A stretch of 13,152 bases of DNA, from IMG/VR virus record IMGVR_UViG_2698536428_000004, positions 1 to 13,152 of that record; one strand, 5' to 3'. Source of the stretch: a virus. Lineage: Duplodnaviria; Heunggongvirae; Uroviricota; Caudoviricetes. The notes beneath the pieces are model-generated. The model was not told the DNA's origin. It saw only the letters and a list, made by a program, of their open reading frames with translations, and did no database searches. This document shows, piece after piece, positions 1 through 6,406 of the stretch (the stretch's first letter is position 1; each line of letters starts with the position of its first letter). Position numbers and translations under genes: made by a program.

Positions 1-166
1 ACGTCATCGCGGTGAACGTACCGTCCTGGTTGGGGAACACGCCACATACCAGAGATTCGTTGTTGCCAAGATCGATAGTATCCATGCTGACCTCATTTCC
101 CCTTAACGCCGGGGTAGCGGAACAAAAACCTGCTGCATAGTTATTAAAGTCGAACCCTGCCATCAT
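1..166 (-). CDS. Partial CDS, 5' portion only (continues past the window start); hypothetical protein
   Basis: Open minus-strand frame from ATG at 166 (alternative ATG at 85 with GAGGT 5 nt upstream) running off the window edge with no stop; translation begins MMAGFDFNNYAAGFCSATPALRGNEVSMDTIDLGNNESLVCGVFPNQDGTFTAMT. Not in the ORF track because it is truncated. No family recognised. Confidence 0.3.
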   Translation of the reverse strand, partial: MMAGFDFNNYAAGFCSATPALRGNEVSMDTIDLGNNESLVCGVFPNQDGTFTAMT

Positions 167-325
167 GTTCTTACGCCTCGGGCTGGCTACTTAACCCCTG
201 ACCACTGCCTGGTAACTCGAAGTATTGCCTGGCGTTCTGTGGGGCGGGGTGGGTTGATGAAATAATGATGCACTTTTAAAGTTATGATGTCAACACTTAT
301 AAAGTTAGCTTTTGATCAATAAAAA

Positions 326-350
326 CCGCCTCGTGTGAAGCGGTTCTGCG
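326..350 (-). terminator. Rho-independent terminator downstream of the toxin gene
   Basis: On the minus strand, AACCGC-TTCACACGAG-GCGGTT hairpin followed by TTTTTATTG, immediately 3' of the toxin stop at 362. Confidence 0.5.
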
Positions 351-361
351 AAAAAAGAAGA

Positions 362-643
362 TTATCCAGGAAATTGTCGTCTGGAGTGGGTGACACTTAC
401 TATTTCAACACTCGAAGCGGCTACACGGTACAGAATGATATAGTTAGGATGAGCTACAATCTCACGCAAGCCAAACGCTCTGTCGCTTGATGGGTATAAG
501 TACGGATGTTCAGATAAAGCTAAAACACATGTCTCAATGCGAATCTTTAGCCTGCGTGCGGCATGGAGATTTTCTTTTGCAATATAGGCTACGATCTGAC
601 GTAAATCATCACGTGCAGAAGGTAGCCATAAAATGGGCAGCAT
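362..643 (-). CDS. Type II toxin, ParE/RelE superfamily
   Basis: 93 aa ORF (MLPILWLPSARDDLRQIVAYIAKE...IVSVTHSRR) with the layout of ParE/RelE plasmid-stabilisation toxins; its start overlaps the upstream antitoxin stop by 1 nt (ATGA), the classic antitoxin-then-toxin arrangement. Confidence 0.75.
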   Translation of the reverse strand: MLPILWLPSARDDLRQIVAYIAKENLHAARRLKIRIETCVLALSEHPYLYPSSDRAFGLREIVAHPNYIILYRVAASSVEIVSVTHSRRQFPG

Positions 644-834
644 TACACACTCCCGCTAGTCGCAGCAATTTGGGCAATGAGATTTTCCATTTCTGCCATT
701 ACATCATCATGAGGAATTGCAGGGCGCGGATCTGCAAGATTTGCAGCTACTTTTGCACGTAGCCATTCGTTGTAATTATTTTCTTGCTCAACGGTTTCAA
801 ACTCAGAAACCATCGGCGAAAGGGCAGTGTTCAT
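643..834 (-). CDS. Type II antitoxin (ParD/RHH-like), partner of the ParE/RelE toxin
   Basis: 63 aa when started at MNTALSPMVSEF; AGGAGG lies 5 nt upstream of this ATG (plus-strand cctcct at 842-847). The longer track ORF (to 897) has no RBS. Acidic C-terminus typical of antitoxins; overlaps the toxin start. Confidence 0.65.
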   Translation of the reverse strand: MNTALSPMVSEFETVEQENNYNEWLRAKVAANLADPRPAIPHDDVMAEMENLIAQIAATSGSV

Positions 835-863
835 AACATACCTCCTTTGGCTTATGATGTAGA

Positions 864-1271
864 CTATGCTCGGTGCCCTTTCTGGGCAGCGAGCCATCTT
901 GCAACAGTGCGCTCCATTGATTCTTTTTTGTCTTTCATGTCTTTAAGCATTTTTTCTTGATCTTCCTCTGGAAATGCTCCGAATGTTTGAAGCAGTTCCA
1001 TTTGCCTGGGGCCTATTTTCATAGTATCTGGCACCACAACCTGCTCTTCTTCGTTTGGCGGTAACATAAACCAATATGGGGGATAACCCGTTACTTCAGA
1101 AAGTTTATCAAGATTAGCTGTTGATGGACTTGTGATTCCGTGAACCCACTTTTGTACCGATTGCTGGGCAACACCAATCCTGCGGGCTAGTTCTGCCTGC
1201 TTAAGTCCTGTTTTTTCCAGTACCAATTTTATTCGGTACGTGGTTATTTCAAGGGTGGTCATTCGCTTCAT
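864..1271 (-). CDS. Prophage repressor, XRE-family HTH (DicA/CI-like), no S24 peptidase domain
   Basis: 135 aa; N-terminal HTH (LKQAELARRIGVAQQSVQKWVHG) matches XRE/Cro-CI DNA-binding domains; transcribed divergently from a Cro-like gene. Size and organisation resemble DicA of Qin-type prophages. Start may be ATG 1271 or 1262. Confidence 0.75.
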   Translation of the reverse strand: MKRMTTLEITTYRIKLVLEKTGLKQAELARRIGVAQQSVQKWVHGITSPSTANLDKLSEVTGYPPYWFMLPPNEEEQVVVPDTMKIGPRQMELLQTFGAFPEEDQEKMLKDMKDKKESMERTVARWLAAQKGHRA

Positions 1272-1322
1272 GCATTCATTTTACATAAAAAAAGTGTAAC
1301 TAGCACAATTAGCTTAAAGGTG

Positions 1323-1351
1323 TTGATAAACTAACTTTAAAAGTGTATAAA
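1323..1351 (+). promoter_or_regulatory. Candidate sigma-70 early promoter for the Cro-like gene, inside the divergent operator region
   Basis: TTGATA (1323-1328), 17 nt spacer, TATAAA (1346-1351), about 28 nt upstream of the ATG at 1379. The surrounding intergenic region (1272-1378) contains an inverted repeat TTAAAG-N15-CTTTAA and repeated AAGTGTA motifs that may be operator sites. Confidence 0.4.
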
Positions 1352-1378
1352 TCATGGTGATTCACTGGAGATAACGAT

Positions 1379-1645
1379 ATGCATGAATGTTTAAAAAATA
1401 AAATTCACCAAAGAGGGTTATCCCAAGCAGGTATTGCTCGTTTGATTGGATTACCGCAACAGGTTGTGTCTCGATGGGCTAATGGTCAGCAGGTCCCTGC
1501 ATCAAGGGTTCTGCAACTTTGTGAGATTATGGCGTGGGAGGTTACCCCCCACGAACTCCGACCTGATATTTATCCTAACCCAACAGACGGCTTGCCTGCT
1601 GAGTTTCAGACTAGCACACAGCCAGCGACGGGAGTTGATTCATGA
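1379..1645 (+). CDS. Cro-like HTH regulator (YdaS/DicC-like)
   Basis: 88 aa; GGAGA RBS upstream; HTH segment (LSQAGIARLIGLPQQVVSRWANGQ) and an ELRPDI motif recalled from YdaS-type Cro-like proteins; divergent from the repressor; stop overlaps the next gene (ATGA). Confidence 0.7.
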   Translation: MHECLKNKIHQRGLSQAGIARLIGLPQQVVSRWANGQQVPASRVLQLCEIMAWEVTPHELRPDIYPNPTDGLPAEFQTSTQPATGVDS

Positions 1646-2067
1646 AAATCAAGCATGAGCACATCCGCATGGCGATGAATGCCTGGGCATATCCTGACGG
1701 TGAGAAGGTGCCAGCTGCTGCTATTGCCAGAGCGTATTTTGAACTGGGGATGACATATCCCGAGTTGCACAACGACGACAGGCACAACGCGCTCTATCTC
1801 AACACCCAAAAGATTTTCCGTTGGCTGGATAAAGACACTCCTGATGCTGTTGAGAAAATTCAGGCATTGTTACCGGCGATCGAAAGGGCAATGCCACCTC
1901 CGCTGGTAGCCCGAATGCGCAGCCACAGTTCCGCTTATTTTCGGGAGCTGGTGGAGACGCAGGAACGGCTAGTGAAAGATATCGATGATTTCGTTGCATC
2001 AGCGATCGTTCTGTTCGACCAGATGAATCGTGGTGGTCCGGCGGGTAATTCCGTGGCTGTGCATTGA
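1642..2067 (+). CDS. YdaT-like protein (CII-like regulator, formerly annotated as a toxin)
   Basis: 141 aa starting MKIKHEH, translationally coupled to the Cro-like gene; size and position match YdaT of Rac-type prophages (from memory, not verified by search). Confidence 0.55.
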   Translation: MKIKHEHIRMAMNAWAYPDGEKVPAAAIARAYFELGMTYPELHNDDRHNALYLNTQKIFRWLDKDTPDAVEKIQALLPAIERAMPPPLVARMRSHSSAYFRELVETQERLVKDIDDFVASAIVLFDQMNRGGPAGNSVAVH

Positions 2068-2138
2068 CTGAAAATATTTATACCGGATCGCTTCCGGCAA
2101 TTCGTGAGTAAAAAGATTCGGTCTCAGAAGAGGTGAGT

Positions 2139-3179
2139 ATGGCTAATGCCTGGCTCAGATTATGGCATGACATGCCAAATGACCCTAAGTGGCGAACAAT
2201 TTCCAGGGTGTCAGGACAGCCAATCGCAACAGTGATGGCTGTGTATATCCACCTTCTGGTGAGCGCGTCACGAAATGTCACGACATGTCACGGCGTGTCA
2301 CTACGTGGTCACATTGATGTCACAACGGAAGATTTAGCAAGTGCACTTGATGTGACGGAAGAAGTAATTGATTCAATTTTGCAGGCGATGCAGGGGCGGG
2401 TGCTTGATGGAGATTTAATCACTGGATGGGAAAAACGCCAGGTAGCGAAAGAGGATAACGGCAACGTTTCGCAAACCGCGAAATCCCCGGCAGAGCGTAA
2501 GAGAGCACAACGCGAGAGGGAAAAATTACGAAAACAGAATGAGGGGTGTCACGATGAGTCACGCATATGTCACGACATGTCACTACGAGTCACGACAGAT
2601 AAAGATACAGATAAAGAATTAAACCCCACACATAACGCGCGCGTGCGCGAGAGTGCTCCGACCAGTGAATCGAACGGTACGCCGTTGCAGGCAGCGGAAC
2701 CTGATTACCAGGAAAGCCTGAGCGAACCCATCGGGAAGTTTCCGATGGCCGGTGGCTGGCATCCGTCGCCGGATTTTCGACGGCGGGCTGCACTGTGGGG
2801 AGTGGCTCTGCCGGAGCCTGAATTTACACCTGCTGAACTTGCCGCCTTCAGGGACTACTGGGCAGCTGAGGGGAAAGTTTTTACGCAGGTTCAGTGGGAG
2901 CAGAAATTCGCCCGTCACGTAAATCACGTCAGGGCGCAGGTTAAACCAGTCAGCAAGGGGGTGCGTCATGCAGCAGCACCAGGTGGCACCGCATCACGGG
3001 CAGTTCGGGAAATTCGGGCAGCACGTGAGCAGTGGGAACGTGAAAACGGATTTGTCAGCGACGGAAACGGCGTGGAAGCTGTGGGAGCTCATGGGGGAGG
3101 TTTATTCAAACCGCTGGACTCAGAAGAACGGGGCCGCACCTTCGAAGCTCTGGATTGCCCAGATTGGCGCGATGACTGA
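2139..3179 (+). CDS. Replication initiation protein (lambda O analogue; possibly DUF1376/YdaU-like)
   Basis: ATG at 2139 preceded by GAGGTG; 346 aa. Occupies the O position ahead of a P-like gene and contains two intragenic GTCAC iteron arrays plus an AT-rich tract, as in the lambda ori inside O. The 3' end is uncertain because the P-like frame overlaps from 2968. Confidence 0.55.
   Translation: MANAWLRLWHDMPNDPKWRTISRVSGQPIATVMAVYIHLLVSASRNVTTCHGVSLRGHIDVTTEDLASALDVTEEVIDSILQAMQGRVLDGDLITGWEKRQVAKEDNGNVSQTAKSPAERKRAQREREKLRKQNEGCHDESRICHDMSLRVTTDKDTDKELNPTHNARVRESAPTSESNGTPLQAAEPDYQESLSEPIGKFPMAGGWHPSPDFRRRAALWGVALPEPEFTPAELAAFRDYWAAEGKVFTQVQWEQKFARHVNHVRAQVKPVSKGVRHAAAPGGTASRAVREIRAAREQWERENGFVSDGNGVEAVGAHGGGLFKPLDSEERGRTFEALDCPDWRDD
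2267..2323 (+). repeat. Iteron array 1: six GTCAC-containing direct repeats at 10-11 bp spacing (candidate ori)
   Basis: GTCAC at 2267, 2277, 2287, 2297, 2308, 2319 (units such as GTCACGAAAT, GTCACGACAT, GTCACGGCGT); an inverted copy (TGTGAC) near 2352. Confidence 0.6.
2548..2625 (+). repeat. Iteron array 2: five GTCAC repeats followed by an AT-rich tract (candidate ori unwinding element)
   Basis: GTCAC at 2548, 2558, 2569, 2579, 2589; the unit GTCACGACAT is shared with array 1; followed by AGATAAAGATACAGATAAAGAATTAAA (2597-2623). Confidence 0.6.
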
Positions 3180-3633
3180 ACAGCAAATCAGGCTGGTCTG
3201 CCGTCAGTGCATGGACCGCTGCCGGGCGGGTGAAACGTGGCCCCCGGACCTGGCTGAGTTTGTTGCGCTGATTTCGGAGAGTGGGGCAAATCCATTTGGT
3301 CTTACGGTGGATGCCGTGATGGAAGAGTACCGGCGCTGGCGCAATGAATCCTGGCGGTACGACGGGAGTGATAAATACCCGTGGCCACAGCCTGTGCTGT
3401 ACCACATTTGCCTCGAGATGCGCACCAGAGGGATTGAACGTCAGATGACTGAAAGTGAGCTGAAACGACTTGCAGAACGACTGTTGACCAAATGGGCAAA
3501 GAATGTTGGTAACGGCATGAGTGTTCCGCCAGTGCGACGACAACTGGAAGGGCCAAAACACCCGCCAGGGCCAACGCCAATTGAGTTACTGAAACAGGAA
3601 TATGAGCGCCGGAAAGCGGCTGGTTTTGTCTGA
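2968..3633 (+). CDS. Replication protein P-like helicase loader
   Basis: 221 aa; ATG 2968 preceded by AAGGGGGTG; the segment LWIAQIGAMTEQQIRL...WPPDLAEFVALI...YPWPQP...ELKRLAERL parallels recalled lambda P (WVLAFRENGITTMEQV...PSPGQFVAWC...YPWKSN...ELRRKAADEL). Alternative starts at 3091 or 3172. Confidence 0.65.
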   Translation: MQQHQVAPHHGQFGKFGQHVSSGNVKTDLSATETAWKLWELMGEVYSNRWTQKNGAAPSKLWIAQIGAMTEQQIRLVCRQCMDRCRAGETWPPDLAEFVALISESGANPFGLTVDAVMEEYRRWRNESWRYDGSDKYPWPQPVLYHICLEMRTRGIERQMTESELKRLAERLLTKWAKNVGNGMSVPPVRRQLEGPKHPPGPTPIELLKQEYERRKAAGFV

Positions 3634-3666
3634 ATTTGAGAAATGATTTTGTCGGAGGAAATTTTA

Positions 3667-4380
3667 ATGGAAACCGTTTTTGACGCACTGAAAGCACTGA
3701 AAAGAGCCTCTTCACAGGAGGTGTCGGCCCGCCTTGGAATCAGCCGCGAAGATGCTGTCAACGAGCTGTGGAAGCTGAAACGCCGTGGTGAAGCAGATAA
3801 CAAGGGGTCGATGTGGTGGCTGACGATTGAGGCAACTGAAATGGTCACAAAAACCACTGCGGAGATGCTGATTAACTCAATTGAACAGCATGGTCCTCAG
3901 TCGGCTGACGAACTGGCGTTAATGTTCGGGATTACCTCCCGCCGGGCGAATTCAACGCTGGCAATGGCAATAAGCAAAGGTCGTCTGATTCGAGTAAATC
4001 AGAACGGTAAATTTCGTTACTGCCTGTCGGGCGATAATTTACCAGCAGAGCCGAAAGCTGCATCGGTAACGGAAACTGCTGGTAAAGCCTTTCCTCAGAC
4101 AGCAGGTGTTGCGTTACCAGTCCGGGAAGCGGAAACACAGGAAGAAATTAAAACTGAAAGTGTGGCGGTCACAGTGCAGTCACAGCCGTCGTTCACCAGA
4201 AAGCATCCGGATAGTCTGATTTTACCATCGCTGCATGTGGCTAACCGCGAACTGCGCCGGGCAAAAGGTCAGGTTCAGAAGTGGGAGCGTGTCTGCGCCG
4301 CGCTGCGGGAGCTGAACAAGCACCGGGATATTGTCCGACAGATTGTCGATTCCTCCAGTCGTATTGTGTCGGAAAAGTGA
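3667..4380 (+). CDS. Hypothetical prophage protein with two winged-helix-like modules
   Basis: ATG 3667 with GGAGGA 8 nt upstream; 237 aa; two HTH-like segments ([23 protein letters not shown] and [24 protein letters not shown]) and a charged, coiled-coil-like C-terminus. Confidence 0.55.
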   Translation: METVFDALKALKRASSQEVSARLGISREDAVNELWKLKRRGEADNKGSMWWLTIEATEMVTKTTAEMLINSIEQHGPQSADELALMFGITSRRANSTLAMAISKGRLIRVNQNGKFRYCLSGDNLPAEPKAASVTETAGKAFPQTAGVALPVREAETQEEIKTESVAVTVQSQPSFTRKHPDSLILPSLHVANRELRRAKGQVQKWERVCAALRELNKHRDIVRQIVDSSSRIVSEK

Positions 4381-4395
4381 TTGCCGGGGGCGCTT

Positions 4396-4899
4396 ATGGC
4401 AAAAGTATTTACACAAGAAGAGCGAGAAAAAATTAAAGGGCAGGTTGTTGAACTGGTACGCCGGAGTGGGCGCGAGACGTTACGGCAACTGGAAGCTAAA
4501 ACAGGTGCAACAAGATATCTGGTGAGCGTTCTCGCCAGAGAGCTGGTTGCCAGTGGTGATGTATACAACTCTGTCTACGGGTTATTTCCGTCTGAACAGG
4601 CTCGTAAAGACTGGCAAAACGCCCGCAAAAAACTTTCAAGGGAAAAGGCGAAGAAACCGGCTGTGGTTGATCCGGACCTTATCTGGTCATTACCAGACGG
4701 AGAAATACGCCGCTACGACAGGCGCCTGAACATAATCTGTCGCGAGTGCCGGAATAGTGAAGTTATGCAGCGAGTGCTGGCGTTTTATCAGGGGGTGGGG
4801 TCAGGAGGTGGTGCTGTGAGTGAAATTAGCTATCAGGCTTCAATTTCCGCTGGCATTCGCATCAAAGGAGAGGAGCATGGAAATAAAACCAGAAGATGA
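4396..4899 (+). CDS. Hypothetical protein, N-terminal winged-helix-like domain (possible paralogue of the preceding gene)
   Basis: ATG 4396 (track ORF starts at TTG 4381); 167 aa; N-terminus (GQVVELVRRSGRETLRQLEAKTGATRYLVSVLARELV) resembles the wH modules of the upstream protein; the C-terminal about 25 aa overlap the next gene and may be read-through. Confidence 0.45.
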   Translation: MAKVFTQEEREKIKGQVVELVRRSGRETLRQLEAKTGATRYLVSVLARELVASGDVYNSVYGLFPSEQARKDWQNARKKLSREKAKKPAVVDPDLIWSLPDGEIRRYDRRLNIICRECRNSEVMQRVLAFYQGVGSGGGAVSEISYQASISAGIRIKGEEHGNKTRR

Positions 4900-5233
4900 G
4901 TTAAGTAATATTGTTTTATTTCCGGTAAAAGAGGATGACCCACGTAATCAGGTTAATTTTCTTTATGAGCCATCGGAAAGACCATATTGTCATCACGCCT
5001 CTGTCCGGGTTGACGAAAAAGAGCGTCAGGTCCGCTGTAAAATCTGCGGTGCAGTTGTGGAGCCATTTGACTGGATGCCCTCTGTGGCGAAAAGAGAAAC
5101 CAGACTGGCAGATGATGTAAGGCTCTTGCGCCAGGAGGAACGGGAAAGGCGGAGAAATGTAGAAAAGCTAATTCAGATTGAGCGTAACGCGAAAGCGCGG
5201 ATACGCAGGGCGGCAAAATCAAGAACTGAATAA
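4877..5233 (+). CDS. Hypothetical protein with Cys/His zinc-ribbon-like motif and basic coiled-coil tail
   Basis: ATG 4877 preceded by AGGAGAGGAG; 118 aa; CHH...CKIC cluster then an R/E-rich helix (RLLRQEERERRRNVEKLIQIERNAKARIRRAAK). Confidence 0.55.
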   Translation: MEIKPEDELSNIVLFPVKEDDPRNQVNFLYEPSERPYCHHASVRVDEKERQVRCKICGAVVEPFDWMPSVAKRETRLADDVRLLRQEERERRRNVEKLIQIERNAKARIRRAAKSRTE

Positions 5234-5326
5234 TTAAATTTAGCACTGTTAAAAATTTAATCCTTAACCGGAGGGATTTCTGCACCCTCAGAACATCAGG
5301 AGGCCGTTCGAAATGGCGGTAGTGAA

Positions 5327-5509
5327 ATGCGAAAATTCAAAATAATTATTGAAACGGGAATAGCTGGTGGAGATTTTGAGGATGTATTCGAAGTAGATGA
5401 TGACGCAACACCTGATGAAATTCATGACGAAGCAAAAGAAATTTTCTTTAACTACTGCAATTACTCATACCACGAAATAAAAGATGAAGAGGAAGGACAA
5501 AATGGCTGA
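5327..5509 (+). CDS. Small acidic hypothetical protein (60 aa)
   Basis: ORF MRKFKIIIETGIAGGDFEDVFEVDDDATPDEIHDEAKE..., strongly D/E-rich; overlaps the next gene by 8 nt; weak own RBS, but a strong SD serves a 10-codon upstream ORF at 5313. Confidence 0.45.
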   Translation: MRKFKIIIETGIAGGDFEDVFEVDDDATPDEIHDEAKEIFFNYCNYSYHEIKDEEEGQNG

Positions 5510-5678
5510 TTTTGGTTCAACTAAATATAACGCCAGTTTTGAAGAATGGCATGAACTGTTAATGGATTATGCAGAGTTACGCGGTGGAAGTGCCGCTGAT
5601 GCTGAAGCATGGCGTGATGATTATGAAGCAGGGAAAACTCCGGTCGAAGCATATTGTGATGAGTGGGGCGATGAATGA
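5502..5678 (+). CDS. Small acidic hypothetical protein (58 aa)
   Basis: ATG 5502 preceded by GAGGAAGGA; MADFGSTKYNASFEEWHELLMDYAELRGGSAADAEAWRDDYEAGKTPVEAYCDEWGDE; stop overlaps the next start (ATGA). Confidence 0.5.
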   Translation: MADFGSTKYNASFEEWHELLMDYAELRGGSAADAEAWRDDYEAGKTPVEAYCDEWGDE

Positions 5679-6034
5679 GCGAGATTAATTATCAGGAAGG
5701 GCATGAAAAGGCAGGGCAGGCAAAACCAGTGGCATGGCGATATCGCTACGTGAAAAAAGGCGTTACAGACTTTCAGGGGAAGCAGTGGGCTGGTGACTGG
5801 AAATATGTCCAGACAAAAGAAGATTGTAACGACAGACCGAACTATGAAATTCAGGCGTTATTCACGGCCCCGCCAGCCCCGGTGACATCAGAAGGACTAG
5901 TTAAAGCCGTGTGCTTTTATGAACAGGTAAAGCGTGAGAATCCACCAGTCGAAACAGGTGCATGGAAAGATGCTGTTGACTGGGTACTCAAAGAGGCTTG
6001 CCAGGCTGTAAGCATTAGCAACAAAGGGGGGTGA
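5675..6034 (+). CDS. Hypothetical protein (119 aa)
   Basis: Translationally coupled ORF (ATGA overlap with the upstream gene); no recognisable motif. Confidence 0.5.
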   Translation: MSEINYQEGHEKAGQAKPVAWRYRYVKKGVTDFQGKQWAGDWKYVQTKEDCNDRPNYEIQALFTAPPAPVTSEGLVKAVCFYEQVKRENPPVETGAWKDAVDWVLKEACQAVSISNKGG

Positions 6035-6037
6035 GTA

Positions 6038-6214
6038 ATGCGTGTGGCATGTATCAGTTTGTTACCGTACCCGACTCGTTTTTTGGCTTCTGCGCTAATT
6101 GCAAAGCCGCGTGTCCTGATGGATGACAGCATCATCCCGACACCAAAGCGCCGCCATACCGGTATTGCAGCGGCACGACGAGCAGCAAAGAAACGCAGGA
6201 GAGCAAAACGATGA
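6038..6214 (+). CDS. Small hypothetical protein (58 aa): hydrophobic N-terminus, very basic C-terminus
   Basis: Not in the ORF track (<60 aa). ATG 6038 preceded by AAGGGGGGTGA; hand-translated as MRVACISLLPYPTRFLASALIAKPRVLMDDSIIPTPKRRHTGIAAARRAAKKRRRAKR; stop overlaps the next ATG (ATGA). Confidence 0.35.
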   Translation: MRVACISLLPYPTRFLASALIAKPRVLMDDSIIPTPKRRHTGIAAARRAAKKRRRAKR

Positions 6215-6405
6215 AAAACCGTAAAGCAAAAATTCTGTTAGCTCGCAGAAACGGTGTTGGTGTCTGGCGGTGGGTGAGGATTAGTAACAGACGGGTGAGG
6301 TTGACGGGGTGTTGCGGTGTTATGGGGCACAGTTGTTGCAAAAAGCCCAGCGCGGCGCAAAACCGCTGGAAAAACCACTGTTATCTGCGCACTAAAGGAG
6401 AGTGA
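6211..6405 (+). CDS. Small basic Cys-rich hypothetical ORF (64 aa); coding status uncertain
   Basis: ATG 6211 preceded by AGGAGA and coupled to neighbours, but the DNA is G/T-rich with GGGTGAGG repeats, so it may be regulatory DNA rather than coding. Confidence 0.3.
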   Translation: MKNRKAKILLARRNGVGVWRWVRISNRRVRLTGCCGVMGHSCCKKPSAAQNRWKNHCYLRTKGE

Positions 6406-6406
6406 G

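Noticed and set aside
487-762. Plus-strand 91-aa ORF
   Set aside because: Antisense to the toxin-antitoxin pair, whose overlap and RBS architecture support the minus-strand genes.
2267-2593. GTCAC direct-repeat arrays as a possible CRISPR array
   Set aside because: The repeat period is about 10 bp with no 25-40 bp repeats or unique spacers, and the arrays lie inside a replication-initiator gene; iterons are the better explanation.
3106-3857. Minus-strand ORFs 3106-3561, 3204-3425, 3302-3715 and 3441-3857
   Set aside because: All lie antisense to the well-supported P-like and downstream plus-strand genes, lack RBSs and have low-complexity translations; treated as shadow ORFs.
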